Source of the DNA: an uncultured Myxococcales bacterium
GTDB lineage: Bacteria; UBA10199; 2-02-FULL-44-16; JAAZCA01
Length of the DNA: 51,505 nucleotides
Assembly (NCBI GenBank): GCA_964410765.1
Contig: CAYPII010000003.1
Coordinates: 1-51,505 of the forward strand
Direction of reading: 5' to 3'
Positions within the stretch are counted from its first letter, which is position 1, and each line of letters opens with the position of its first letter. A program made the position numbers and the translations under genes. Below the pieces are notes generated by a model. It was not told the DNA's origin. It was given only the letters and a program-made list of their open reading frames with translations, and searched no databases. This document shows, one piece after another, positions 11,030 to 20,943 of the stretch.

Positions 11030-12787
11030 ATGAAGGAACGCACCGCTAAAATCGTGATGATCGACGACAACCTGGTGGTCATCGACCTGCAGAGCGCCGG
11101 TTCCGGCGGCATCCCCTGCAAGATGAACGAGGAGGTATTCATCGGCCCGTTGCACCTGCGCGGCGAGGTGATCCGCGTGCGCGGCTCGCACGCCGACCTG
11201 CAGTGCTACGAGGACACGACGGGGCTCATGATCGGGCACGAGGCGACGCTCACCGGCAACCTCGTCCAGATCGAGCTGGGTCCCGGGCTGCTGGGCAACA
11301 CGCTCGACGGCCTGGGCAACTCGCTCGACGGCTTTGGCGATTTTCTCCCGCGTGGCAAGGTCGTTCCGTCGCTGGACCGCGAGAAAAAGTGGAAGTTCGC
11401 GCCGACGGTCGAGGAGGGGGCGCGCGTGGAACCCGGCGATATCATCGGGACGATCCAGGAGACCGAGCTCGTCGAGCACCGCATCATGGTTCCGCCTCAC
11501 CTCCCCGCCGGAACGATCGGCGCGATCGCCGAGGGGGAGTTCACGGTGACCGATCGCGTCGCGACGCTCGCCGACGAGGAGGGGAACGAGCACGAGGTCA
11601 CGCTCATGCAGCGCTGGCCGATCCGTCAGCCGCGCCCGACGCGCCGGCGCCTGAAACTCGATGAGGTGCTGCAGACCTCCATCCGGATAATCGACAGCTT
11701 CAACCCGGTAATGAAGGGGGGAACCGCCGCGGTGCCGGGCGATTTCGGCACCGGCAAGACGATGTGCCTGCATGACCTCTCCCGGCATTCCCGGGTCAAG
11801 ATCGTCATCTACGTCGGCTGCGGCGAGCGCGCCGGCGAGATGGTGGAGCTCATCAAGGAGTTTCCGAAGCTCACCGACCCGGAGACGGGGCGTCCGCTCT
11901 TCGAGCGCACGGTGCTCTTCGTCAACACCTCCGCGATGCCGGTAGCGGCGCGCGAGGGATCGATCCTCGTCGGTGCGACGGTGGGCGAGTACTTCCGCGA
12001 CATGGGCTACGACGTCCTGCTGCTGACCGACTCGCTCTCGCGCCAGGCGCAGGGGATGCGCGAGATGAGCGGGCGACTCGGCGAAATCCCGGGGCCGCAG
12101 GCCTTCCCCGCTTACATGAGCGCCTACCTCACGCGCTGGTTCGAGCGAGCCGGCAAGGTCATCTGCCGGGGGAACGACGGGCGCACCGGGAGCATGACGA
12201 CGATGGCGGCGCTCTCGCCGGACGGTGGCGACATCGCCGGCGACCCGCCGACGCAGGCGGCGATCCAGACGGCGAAGGTCGCGCTCATCCTCTCGCGCAA
12301 GCGGGCGAGCGCGCGCCTCTTTCCCGCCTTCGATCCGCTCGAGTGCCACTCGAAGTACCTCGACTCCTCGGTCGAATCGCTGCAGCGTTTCTTCGACGCA
12401 CAGGAGCTTCCGCTTTGGTTGAAATACGTCTCGCAGCTTCGAGACGCGGTGGTCGACGGCGAGCGCATCAAGGCGCAGATGGAGATCCTGGGCGAGAAGG
12501 GGATCGGCGATAAGGAGTACCGCCGGCTGTTGCTCGGCGACATCGTTCAGAAGGGATATCTCAACCAAAACACCTTCGATGAGAATGATCGCGCGACCTC
12601 GCTGGAGCGGCACTATAAGATGATGCACTTCCTCGTCCACCTGATGGATGTCTTCCCGCAGCAGGAGAAGCAGGCGATGCGACGGCTGCAGGAGGACGTC
12701 CTCTTCGATATCACGCAGGCGAATTTCTCGGCGGACTACGAGAAGGAGTACGGTGCGATCCTGGAGAAGCTGAAGAAAGGGGCATGA
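11030..12787 (+). CDS. ntpA: V/A-type ATPase catalytic subunit A
   Basis: Walker A GDFGTGKT, YVGCGERAGEM, and an N-terminal LGPGLLGNTLDGL. 585 aa. Confidence 0.92.
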   Translation: MKERTAKIVMIDDNLVVIDLQSAGSGGIPCKMNEEVFIGPLHLRGEVIRVRGSHADLQCYEDTTGLMIGHEATLTGNLVQIELGPGLLGNTLDGLGNSLDGFGDFLPRGKVVPSLDREKKWKFAPTVEEGARVEPGDIIGTIQETELVEHRIMVPPHLPAGTIGAIAEGEFTVTDRVATLADEEGNEHEVTLMQRWPIRQPRPTRRRLKLDEVLQTSIRIIDSFNPVMKGGTAAVPGDFGTGKTMCLHDLSRHSRVKIVIYVGCGERAGEMVELIKEFPKLTDPETGRPLFERTVLFVNTSAMPVAAREGSILVGATVGEYFRDMGYDVLLLTDSLSRQAQGMREMSGRLGEIPGPQAFPAYMSAYLTRWFERAGKVICRGNDGRTGSMTTMAALSPDGGDIAGDPPTQAAIQTAKVALILSRKRASARLFPAFDPLECHSKYLDSSVESLQRFFDAQELPLWLKYVSQLRDAVVDGERIKAQMEILGEKGIGDKEYRRLLLGDIVQKGYLNQNTFDENDRATSLERHYKMMHFLVHLMDVFPQQEKQAMRRLQEDVLFDITQANFSADYEKEYGAILEKLKKGA

Positions 12788-12788
12788 C

Positions 12789-14168
12789 GTGAAGGTCGTC
12801 TACTGCGACATCGTCAACATCGACGGACCGATCCTGCAGGTGCGCGGCGTGCACAACGTCGGCATGGGCGAGGAGGCGTTGCTCCCTGGCTACGGCCTGG
12901 CGAAGGTGGTCAAGCTCCAGGGGGATACCGCCTTCATGCAGTCACTCGAGGGGAGTCTGGGCGTGCTCACGACCCAGAAGACCGAGTTCACCGGCCACCC
13001 CTTCGAACTCCCCTTCGACCCGAAGCTCGTGATGGGGCGGGTCTTCGACGGCGTCGGCCGCCCGCGCGACGGGCGCCCCGAGATCACCGGCGAGGAGGTG
13101 CTGGTCGAAGGTCCCGTGGTCAACCCGTATCGTCGCGCGCTCGGGCAGGGCTACATCGAGACGGGGATTCCCTCGATCGACGGCGCGAATACGATCGTGC
13201 GCGGGCAGAAGATCCCGATCTACAAGTTGCCGGGCGAGGACATCAACCACGTCATCGCGCGCATCATCCGGCAGGCGCGCGTGGCGGGGCAGGAGCAGTT
13301 CAGCGTCGTCTTCGGCGGGCTGGGCCTGCTCAACGAGGAGTACCTCTACTTCCGCGACGTCCTGGAGGAGTCGGCGGAGCGCACCGTGATGTGCGTGAAC
13401 CTCGGCAGTGAGTCGCCGATCGAGCGATTGAACGTCCCGCACATCTGCTGTGCGATCGCCGAGCAACTCGCCCTCGTCGGTCAGCACGTGCTGGTGATCA
13501 TCACCGACATGCTCCGCTACGCCGATGCGCTCATGGAGGTCTCCAACGCGCAGGGCAAGATACCCAGCCGCGACGGCTACCCGGGCGACCTCTACTCGCG
13601 GCTCGCGCGCATCTATGAGCGCGCCGTCAACTTCGGCGAGCCGCGCGGGTCGGTGACGATCATCGGGGTCAACTCCGTTCCCGACAACGACCTCTCGCAC
13701 ATCGTGGCGAACCTCACCGGCTACATCACCGAGGGTCAGCTGCCGATCGAGCACGGCCGCTTCGAGATTATGAAGTGCCTCTCGCGCCTCAAGGGCCTCG
13801 TGGTCGGCAAGGAGACGCGCAAGGACCACGGGCCGATCATGGATGCCTGCGTCTCGGCGTACGCCAACGCCCTCTCGTTGCGTGAGCAGCGGGAGATGGG
13901 CTTCTCCATCACCGACGAGGTCGACCTGGCCTACCTGCGCTTCGCCGACGAGTTCGAGGAGCGCTTCCTCCCGGCGAACCAGGATCGGTCGATGGACGAG
14001 ACGCTCGATCTCGGCTGGGAGCTCATCGGACTCCTGCCGCGGCGCGTATTGCGCATTAAGAAGGAGATGCTCGATGAGCGCTACAAGGCGCGCACCGAGC
14101 ACGCGGTCGATCGCAGCGAGGAGGCGCGGGAGAAGGGCGAGCGCGAGGGGGAGGGAGTCGACGCATGA
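12789..14168 (+). CDS. ntpB: V/A-type ATPase subunit B
   Basis: Typical B sequence (GYPGDLYSRLARIYERA, TEGQL). GTG start one nt after the ntpA stop. Confidence 0.92.
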   Translation: MKVVYCDIVNIDGPILQVRGVHNVGMGEEALLPGYGLAKVVKLQGDTAFMQSLEGSLGVLTTQKTEFTGHPFELPFDPKLVMGRVFDGVGRPRDGRPEITGEEVLVEGPVVNPYRRALGQGYIETGIPSIDGANTIVRGQKIPIYKLPGEDINHVIARIIRQARVAGQEQFSVVFGGLGLLNEEYLYFRDVLEESAERTVMCVNLGSESPIERLNVPHICCAIAEQLALVGQHVLVIITDMLRYADALMEVSNAQGKIPSRDGYPGDLYSRLARIYERAVNFGEPRGSVTIIGVNSVPDNDLSHIVANLTGYITEGQLPIEHGRFEIMKCLSRLKGLVVGKETRKDHGPIMDACVSAYANALSLREQREMGFSITDEVDLAYLRFADEFEERFLPANQDRSMDETLDLGWELIGLLPRRVLRIKKEMLDERYKARTEHAVDRSEEAREKGEREGEGVDA

Positions 14169-14758
14169 CGACCGTCTCGAAGGGAGCGCTGCGGACCGCA
14201 AAGCTCAAGGCCGGGCGCCTGATGCGCGCCGTGCCGACGCTCGATTTGCGCCGCAAGCAGCTCAACCGCGAGATCCTCACCTGGGAGGAGGAGGTCGAGC
14301 GAGCGGCGCAGTCCGCCCAGGAGCTGGAGCGCCGCTTCGGGGAGAACCCGCATGCGGTGATCGAGAAGATCGTCTCCGTCGAAGGGGTGGAGACGAAGAC
14401 GACGAACGTCGCGGGCGTCCTACTCGAGGAAGTGGAGCGCGTGCGCTTCGCGCCGATCCGCTTCTCGCTCATCAGCACCCCGCCCTCCTTCGACCTCTTC
14501 GTCTCGCTGCGCCGCGAGTTGCTCGAGGAGCAGGAGCGCCTGGCGTACAAGCGGCGTGCCCTGGAGATACTTCTCGAGGAGCTGATGGTGACGACCCAGC
14601 GGATCAACCTCTTCGAGAAGCGGCTGATCCCGCAATACGAGGGGGAGATTCGCTACATCAAGGGGCGCCTGGAGGACAACGAGCGCGCGAGCGTGATGGT
14701 GGCGAAGATCGCGCAGCGCGAGCGCCTCGCCGAACACGGCGCCTTCGAGTCGGCATAG
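14165..14758 (+). CDS. ntpD: V/A-type ATPase subunit D
   Basis: Coiled-coil protein with PTLDLRRKQL near the N-terminus and a C-terminal LEDNERA. ATGA overlap with ntpB. Confidence 0.85.
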   Translation: MTTVSKGALRTAKLKAGRLMRAVPTLDLRRKQLNREILTWEEEVERAAQSAQELERRFGENPHAVIEKIVSVEGVETKTTNVAGVLLEEVERVRFAPIRFSLISTPPSFDLFVSLRRELLEEQERLAYKRRALEILLEELMVTTQRINLFEKRLIPQYEGEIRYIKGRLEDNERASVMVAKIAQRERLAEHGAFESA

Positions 14759-14779
14759 CCGAATGCGGAGTGCGGAATT

Positions 14780-14810
14780 CAGAATAGAAAATCAGAAGGA
14801 TTTTATTCTG
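14780..14810 (+). other. AT-rich imperfect hairpin between ntpD and ntpI
   Basis: CAGAAT-AG-AAAATC, loop AGAAG, then GATTTT-ATTCTG. It sits in an unusually AT-rich 83-nt spacer inside the operon. Confidence 0.35.
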
Positions 14811-14841
14811 CATGCCGCGGTCCACATTCCGGATTGAAGAT

Positions 14842-16605
14842 ATGGCCATCGTGAAGATGCAGCGCGTGACGGTCGCGACCCTCGCCAAGGAGGGGGAGGC
14901 CCTGCTGCGCCGTCTGCAAGATATCGGCGTCCTCCATCCCGAGCCGGTCGAGGCGGTGGACGAGAACGAGCTCGTCGATCACCTCGAGCACGAGCTGCAC
15001 GTCCAGCGCCAGGTGATCCACGCGCTGGAGGCGGAGAAACCGCGGCATGATGAGCTCCCCTGCCCGACGGTCAGCAACGAGACCTCCTTCGCGAGCGTGG
15101 AGGGGTGGCTCGCCGAGCGGCGCACGCTCGAGGAGCGCATCGCGCGCATTACCGCGGCGGTCCGGCGCCAGGCGATCTACGGCTCCTTCGAACCGCAACA
15201 GGTGGCGTACCTCGCCGAGCGCGGCGTGCAGATCCAGCTCTGGGAGGCCGACGAGGGCGCGGTGGCGCAGGACGCCCTCCCCGACGGCGCGGTCGTACGC
15301 GAGCTCTCCCGTGAGGGGAAGCGGCGCTTCTTCGCGACCGCCGGCGAGGGCGAGCGCATCGCGATCGAGGGGGCGACGGAGGTGGACATCCCCGAGCGGA
15401 GTTTGATTTCGCTCGAGGAGGAGCGTGCGATCTTCGAACGCGAGGCCGACGAGCTCTCACGGCGCATTCGCTGCGCGGCGCTTCAGCTCCCGCGCTTTCG
15501 CCACGAGCACGAGCAGCTGGTCAAGGAACACGACTTCCGCGTCGCGCTCGCCGGTGCCTTCGACGATGAAGCGGTGGCGGCATTCGGCGGCTGGATCCCC
15601 GTCGACGAACTCCCGGAGGCGCGCGACAAACTCGTGCGCTTCTGGGCGCCGGTCGTCGTCGAGGATCGCGACGTGCTCCCCGACGAGGAGCCGCCGGTGA
15701 AGACGCGAAACACTTGGATCGCGCGCATGTTCGAGCCGCTCCTGCACCTGCTCGGCCGCCCCGACTACCGCGGCATCGACCCGGCGCTCTTCTTCGCCCC
15801 CTTCATGATGCTCTTCTTCGGCATCTGCCTGGGCGATGCCGGCTACGGCCTGATGCTGCTGGTCGCCTCGTGGGTGATGCGTCGGCACTTCCTCGCCCGC
15901 GTTCCCGGAATGCGCTTCGTCGCAAACATGACGCTGCTCTTCGGCATCGCGACGACGATCTGGGGGCTTGTCACCGGGTCGATCTTCGGGATCGTTTTCA
16001 AGGAGCGCGACTGGATCCCGCTGGACGTCTCCTCCGATGGCGGCGATCCGATGCTCCTCTTCAAGATCTCGATTGGCCTCGGCGTTGTGCACCTGAGCAT
16101 CGCGCTGCTGATGGCGTGCTTCGCCGCGCACCACTGGCACCGGCGCTTCGAGCGGCTGGGCGTGCTCACCGTCATGTGGGGGGGCGTCTTCGGACTGCTG
16201 CACCTCCCGTACTGGTGGCTGGTGTTGGGCGCGGGGCTGGCGCTCATCCTCTTCTTCAGCTCGAACGCGCGCAACCCCTTCGCGCGCATCGGACTGGGGC
16301 TGTGGGGAATCTACGGCCTCACGGGGCTCTTGGGCGACGTGATGTCGTACGCGCGCCTCTTTGGCCTGGGCATCGCCACCGGCGCGATCGCCTCGGTCGT
16401 CAACATGCTCGCTGGGCAGGTGCGCGAGGCGGTGCCGGTCGCGGGGATCGTCCTGGCGGTTTTGGTGCTGCTCGCGGGGCACGCCTTCAACCTGACGATG
16501 GGGATTATCAGCGCGCTCGTGCACCCGGCGCGCCTGCATGCGGTGGAGGCCTTTCCGAAATGTGTCGAGCTCACCGGCCGTCCGTATGAGCCGCTGTGCC
16601 GATAA
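14842..16605 (+). CDS. ntpI: V/A-type ATPase subunit I (a)
   Basis: N-terminal MAIVKMQRVTV, typical of I subunits, then a cytoplasmic coiled-coil half and a polytopic membrane half with the conserved Arg region (SYARLFGLGIA). The track start 14812 is probably too early. Confidence 0.88.
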   Translation: MAIVKMQRVTVATLAKEGEALLRRLQDIGVLHPEPVEAVDENELVDHLEHELHVQRQVIHALEAEKPRHDELPCPTVSNETSFASVEGWLAERRTLEERIARITAAVRRQAIYGSFEPQQVAYLAERGVQIQLWEADEGAVAQDALPDGAVVRELSREGKRRFFATAGEGERIAIEGATEVDIPERSLISLEEERAIFEREADELSRRIRCAALQLPRFRHEHEQLVKEHDFRVALAGAFDDEAVAAFGGWIPVDELPEARDKLVRFWAPVVVEDRDVLPDEEPPVKTRNTWIARMFEPLLHLLGRPDYRGIDPALFFAPFMMLFFGICLGDAGYGLMLLVASWVMRRHFLARVPGMRFVANMTLLFGIATTIWGLVTGSIFGIVFKERDWIPLDVSSDGGDPMLLFKISIGLGVVHLSIALLMACFAAHHWHRRFERLGVLTVMWGGVFGLLHLPYWWLVLGAGLALILFFSSNARNPFARIGLGLWGIYGLTGLLGDVMSYARLFGLGIATGAIASVVNMLAGQVREAVPVAGIVLAVLVLLAGHAFNLTMGIISALVHPARLHAVEAFPKCVELTGRPYEPLCR

Positions 16606-16630
16606 CGAACGTCTTCGATAAGGAGGAACG

Positions 16631-17038
16631 ATGGATATGAACGTGCTCAATCAGTTGGCCTTCTACATCGGTGTGGGGCTTGGCCTCGCCGGCTCCGCAT
16701 GGGGGCTCTCGATCGCCTTCCAAGCGGCGCTCGGCGTGGGACAACGGCAGTTCTTCGGCGTCCTGCCGCTGGCGGTGCTCCCCTCCACGCAGGGGATCTA
16801 CGCGCTGCTGGGTGGAATCCTCAAGAAGGAGGACTTCGCGACGAACCCGACGATCGGCGGGCTGCTCCTGCTCGTCGGCATCGCGTGTCTCATCAGCGGC
16901 GTCTACCAGGGGAAGGTCTGCGCTGCCGGCGTGCGGGCGATCGGCGAGGAGCGCAACACGCTCGGCAACGGCATCGTGGCGGCGGCCATGCCGGAGACGT
17001 ATGCGGTCTTCAGCTTCGTCTGCCTCTTCCTCCTGTAA
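16631..17038 (+). CDS. ntpK: V/A-type ATPase proteolipid subunit K (c), four-helix type with a Na+-site signature
   Basis: LPSTQGIY, YQGKVCAAG and PETYAV align with E. hirae NtpK LPGTQGLY, AQGKVAAAG and VETYAI. Confidence 0.88.
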   Translation: MDMNVLNQLAFYIGVGLGLAGSAWGLSIAFQAALGVGQRQFFGVLPLAVLPSTQGIYALLGGILKKEDFATNPTIGGLLLLVGIACLISGVYQGKVCAAGVRAIGEERNTLGNGIVAAAMPETYAVFSFVCLFLL

Positions 17039-17056
17039 GCTTGCATTTTCGCTTCA

Positions 17057-17079
17057 TTCGGGCGATGGAGCCGCCCGAA
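17057..17079 (+). other. Intercistronic GC hairpin between ntpK and hppA
   Basis: TTCGGGCG, loop ATGGAGC, then CGCCCGAA. No T-run follows. Confidence 0.3.
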
Positions 17080-17113
17080 CAATGGATTCTCTTCAGAGGG
17101 AAGGAGTCTTCGT

Positions 17114-19189
17114 ATGGGTATGAATATGCTGGTGGTCTGGTTGGCACTCGGGGGCGCGGCGCTCGCACTCATCTACGCGGCGATTCTCGCTAGCTCGGTC
17201 TCGCGTCAGGATCCGGGGACGGAGCGGATGCGCGAGGTGGCGAAGGCGATCCGCGAGGGAGCGATGGCCTTCATCGCGCGCGAATACAAGGTGCTCGCGA
17301 TCTTCGTCGTCATCGTCGCCGTGATCTTCGCGCTGGTAAACCAGGGGGCCGTGCGGCTCATCGCCGTCGCCTTCGTTGCCGGGGCCTTCTGTTCCGCGCT
17401 CGCAGGATACCTGGGCATGCGCGTCGCCACGAAGGCGAACGTGCGCACCGCCAACGCCGCGCGCACCTCGCTCAACCGCGCGCTCGGCATCGCTTTCCAC
17501 GGAGGCGCGGTGATGGGGCTCTCGGTCGTGGGGCTGGGCGTATTGGGGCTCGGTGGCCTCTTCCTCCTCTTCTCCGCGATGCACGGCCTCGACACAGCGG
17601 CGCTCAAGAGCACCGTGCTGCCGATCCTCGCCGGCTTTTCGTTCGGCGCCTCCTCCATAGCGCTCTTCGCGCGCGTGGGTGGTGGCATCTACACGAAGGC
17701 GGCAGATGTCGGAGCGGATCTGGTCGGCAAGGTCGAGCAGAACATTCCGGAGGATGACCCGCGCAACCCAGCCACGATCGCCGACAACGTCGGCGACAAC
17801 GTGGGCGATGTCTGCGGCATGGGCGCGGACCTCTTCGAGTCCTACGTCGGCGCGCTCGTCTCGGCCATGGTGCTGGGCACCGTTGCGGGGCTCACCGCGG
17901 TGACGCTGCCGCTGGCCTTCGCCGCCGTCGGCATCATCGCCTCGATCATCGGGACCTTCTTCGTGCGCACGAAGGAGGGGGGCAACCCGCAGAACGCGCT
18001 CAACCTCGGTACATTTCTCGCGGCGATCCTCTTCGTCATCGGCGCCTATTTCGTGGTGAACTGGCTCGCGCCAAACGGGTTTGCGATGGGCGGGCGCTTC
18101 GTCACGCCGCTGCACATCTGGGGCGCGGTCGCCTCAGGGCTCGCGGCGGGCGTCGCGGTGGGACTGCTCACCGAACACTACTGCGCGAAGAACAAGCGCC
18201 CGGTGAACGAGATCGTCGAAGCGACGAAGACGGGGGCTGCCACCGACATCATCGCGGGGCTCGCGGTCGGCATGCGTTCCACTGCGCTTCCGCTCATCGC
18301 GATCGCCATCGCGATCCTGGTGAGCTACCAGCTCGCCGGCCTCTACGGCATCGCGATCGCCGCGCTTGGCATGCTCTCGACCACCGGCATCCAGTTGGCG
18401 GTCGACGCCTACGGCCCGGTCGCCGACAACGCCGGCGGGATTACGGAGATGAGCGAGCTGGGCGAGCAGGTGCGCCAGCGCACCGATTCGCTCGACTCGG
18501 TCGGCAACACGACCGCCGCGATCGGCAAGGGCTTCGCGATTGGCTCGGCCGCACTCACCGCGCTCTCGCTCTTCGCGGCCTTCCGCGAGCAGGCGGGGAT
18601 TCACGAGATCGACCTCACGCGCCCCGATGTGATGGCGGGGCTGCTCGTCGGCGGGATGCTCCCCTTCCTCTTCAGCTCGATGGCGATGCGCGCGGTGGGG
18701 CGCGCGGCCAACAGCATGATCGAGGAGGTGCGCCGCCAGTTCCGCGAGATCACGGGGCTGATGGAGGGCAACGCGCGTGCCGACTATGCGCGCTGCGTCG
18801 ACATCTCTACCGCGGCGGCGATCAAGCAGATGATTCGGCCGGGGTTGCTCGCGATCCTCACGCCGGTGGTCGTCGGCTTCGGGTCGAAGTGGCTCTGGGG
18901 CGATGCCTCCGCACTCGGCGGCCTCCTCGCCGGTGTGACCGTCTCGGGCGTGATGATGGCGATCTTCATGGCCAACGCCGGCGGGGCGTGGGACAACGCG
19001 AAGAAGCAGATTGAGGAGGAACCGAAGGACCCGGCCGCCGGCAAGGGCAAGGGGAGCGCGCGTCATGCCGCAGCGGTGATCGGCGACACGGTCGGCGATC
19101 CGTTCAAGGACACCGCCGGCCCGTCGCTCAATATCCTGATCAAATTGATGAGTGTTCTTTCGTTGGTTATCGCACCGTTGTTGATCTAG
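17114..19189 (+). CDS. hppA: Membrane-integral ion-translocating pyrophosphatase (K+-dependent type, Na+-PPase-like signature)
   Basis: [36 protein letters not shown] and [16 protein letters not shown]. 691 aa. Confidence 0.95.
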   Translation: MGMNMLVVWLALGGAALALIYAAILASSVSRQDPGTERMREVAKAIREGAMAFIAREYKVLAIFVVIVAVIFALVNQGAVRLIAVAFVAGAFCSALAGYLGMRVATKANVRTANAARTSLNRALGIAFHGGAVMGLSVVGLGVLGLGGLFLLFSAMHGLDTAALKSTVLPILAGFSFGASSIALFARVGGGIYTKAADVGADLVGKVEQNIPEDDPRNPATIADNVGDNVGDVCGMGADLFESYVGALVSAMVLGTVAGLTAVTLPLAFAAVGIIASIIGTFFVRTKEGGNPQNALNLGTFLAAILFVIGAYFVVNWLAPNGFAMGGRFVTPLHIWGAVASGLAAGVAVGLLTEHYCAKNKRPVNEIVEATKTGAATDIIAGLAVGMRSTALPLIAIAIAILVSYQLAGLYGIAIAALGMLSTTGIQLAVDAYGPVADNAGGITEMSELGEQVRQRTDSLDSVGNTTAAIGKGFAIGSAALTALSLFAAFREQAGIHEIDLTRPDVMAGLLVGGMLPFLFSSMAMRAVGRAANSMIEEVRRQFREITGLMEGNARADYARCVDISTAAAIKQMIRPGLLAILTPVVVGFGSKWLWGDASALGGLLAGVTVSGVMMAIFMANAGGAWDNAKKQIEEEPKDPAAGKGKGSARHAAAVIGDTVGDPFKDTAGPSLNILIKLMSVLSLVIAPLLI

Positions 19190-19209
19190 CGTTTCTCTCT
19201 CCGGATACA

Positions 19210-19244
19210 AAAACGGCGCTCCTTTCGGAGCGCCGTTTTCTTTG
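19210..19244. terminator. Bidirectional rho-independent terminator
   Basis: AAAACGGCGCTCC, loop TTTC, then GGAGCGCCGTTTT followed by TTTCTTT. It lies between the convergent hppA and the 161-aa gene. Confidence 0.85.
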
Positions 19245-19258
19245 CCGTGACCGAACAA

Positions 19259-19744
19259 CTACTCCTTCACCGTCGTCACCGCGCGGCCCTGCATCATGCC
19301 GTGCAGCGCATCGTAGGTGACCGCCTGCAGGGCGATCGCGTTGCCCTGTTTGACCAGGCGGAAGAAGGCGGTACCCCCCTGCGGAATCGTGTGCGAGAGA
19401 TCGAGCGCCTGATAGAGGGCGTCGTCGGTGATCGCCACCCAGTGGTGCGAGGGCTTGCCCTTCCCCTTTTTGAAGATCGCGCACCAGAGATAGGCGTATT
19501 CGCCGTCGTCGATGTACTTTCCCCCGTTGGGGTTCCAGTAGGCGATGTCCTTGTCGCGGAGCTTCTTCAAGCGAATCGCATTGCGGTAGGTCTTGGAGAC
19601 CTGGACGGTCGGTCCGAGAACGGGGCTGGTGATCGTGTGTTCGACCGCCCCCTTCCCCTGCAACACGACCGTGCGCGCTTGTGCCTGATAGACGATGGCG
19701 ACCGTAGCGACGAGAACGACGACGATGAAGAGCGTGCGTTTCAT
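19259..19744 (-). CDS. Secreted hypothetical protein (signal peptide)
   Basis: N-terminal MKRTLFIVVVLVATVAIVYQAQA, SD GAAGGAGGG, and high GC3. No family recognised. Confidence 0.7.
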   Translation of the reverse strand: MKRTLFIVVVLVATVAIVYQAQARTVVLQGKGAVEHTITSPVLGPTVQVSKTYRNAIRLKKLRDKDIAYWNPNGGKYIDDGEYAYLWCAIFKKGKGKPSHHWVAITDDALYQALDLSHTIPQGGTAFFRLVKQGNAIALQAVTYDALHGMMQGRAVTTVKE

Positions 19745-19758
19745 GTCCCCCTCCTTCT

Positions 19759-20943
19759 TTATGAGTGTGGATGTGGCATAACTCGTTTCATATAATCACC
19801 AAACAGCGGCACAGTAAAATGATTATCCCCATGGGATGGGCTGTAGATCATACCTTTGCTGATGAGTTTTGCGCGAATAGGAGCTACCGTCTGCACTTCT
19901 TTCCCCATCTCAGCAGCGATATCTCCAGAGCGATGAGGCCCCTCGCCGAGCTCCGCCATAGCGCGAAGATACTTCTTTTCGGTAGGGGTTAACCGATCGA
20001 AACGGACACGAAAGAAATTGCTGTCCAGCTCTGAAATGGCCAATTCAGTTGCTACTTTAACATCATCGAAAGTGATAGGAGATTTCTTTGCGCACTGCCA
20101 GCTGTGTTTTCCCCATTCCTGCAAGAAATATGGATATCGTTGCGTCCGGTAGAGGATTTCTTCCAGGGCCCTTTCTTGGAAAAAGACACTCTCTTTTTCT
20201 GCGGGGGCCTCAAGCGCTTTCTTCGCCGCAGGGGCCTCAAGCGGACCGATGTTTGGATATTCGAAGAGTCTTTCCGCATAGGACTTTGCGCGTCCCGCCT
20301 GACCAACAAGCTGAGGGAGACCAGCACCGATCAGTATAACGGGAAGTTGTTTCTGAGAGCATTTGTGTAGAGCCATGATCAGCGCAGCGAATTGTTCTTC
20401 TTCGATGTATTGAATTTCATCGATAAAAAGTGTTAGGGCCGTTTTCTTTTGTTTTGCGGCATTCCCGATTTCGACGAAGAGTGCGATGAGGTCCTGTTCG
20501 AGATCGCCCGAATCGGCGATTCCCAGTTCACTTCCCAAATCCATGCTGAATTCGATGTCCTGGTATTTGAGTTTCATGGCATTGATGAAACCACCCAATA
20601 CGCGCAGCGCTCGTTTCCCAAGGTCGCCGAGCGCGGATATCCGATCGAATTTTAACAAGGCGGTTCTTAAAGCGGGGATGAGAAGTGCTGGCAAGGAACG
20701 ATTCTCCGGAGTTTCAATGGAGACGACCATGAAGTTATCTGCCTCGGCGTTTTGAGAGATGCGCGTGAGGAGGACGGTTTTCCCAACGCCGCGCAGTCCG
20801 ACGAGGCAGAGTCCGCGCGATGCGAGTCCGTTGCGACATCGATCCAGGGCAATGGATGCCCTTTCGATGATGCCATCACGTCCTGCGAGTTCAGGGGGGA
20901 TTGTGCCAGCGCCCGGTGCATATGGATTGGTGCGCGGATCCAT
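19759..20943 (-). CDS. AAA ATPase with C-terminal winged helix (ORC/Cdc6-like, archaeal-ATPase/AAA_16-type)
   Basis: N-terminal NPYAPGAGTIPPELAGRD, Walker A GLRGVGKTVLL, Walker B LFIDEIQY, and a C-terminal wHTH-like YLRAMAELG...SGDIAAEMG. The codon usage is strikingly AT-rich. Confidence 0.85.
   Translation of the reverse strand: MDPRTNPYAPGAGTIPPELAGRDGIIERASIALDRCRNGLASRGLCLVGLRGVGKTVLLTRISQNAEADNFMVVSIETPENRSLPALLIPALRTALLKFDRISALGDLGKRALRVLGGFINAMKLKYQDIEFSMDLGSELGIADSGDLEQDLIALFVEIGNAAKQKKTALTLFIDEIQYIEEEQFAALIMALHKCSQKQLPVILIGAGLPQLVGQAGRAKSYAERLFEYPNIGPLEAPAAKKALEAPAEKESVFFQERALEEILYRTQRYPYFLQEWGKHSWQCAKKSPITFDDVKVATELAISELDSNFFRVRFDRLTPTEKKYLRAMAELGEGPHRSGDIAAEMGKEVQTVAPIRAKLISKGMIYSPSHGDNHFTVPLFGDYMKRVMPHPHS

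Noticed and set aside
15457-19258. Long minus-strand ORFs opposite ntpI and hppA (15457-16650, 17093-18115, 18134-19258).
   Set aside because: Same high-GC antisense artefact. The plus-strand genes are unambiguous.
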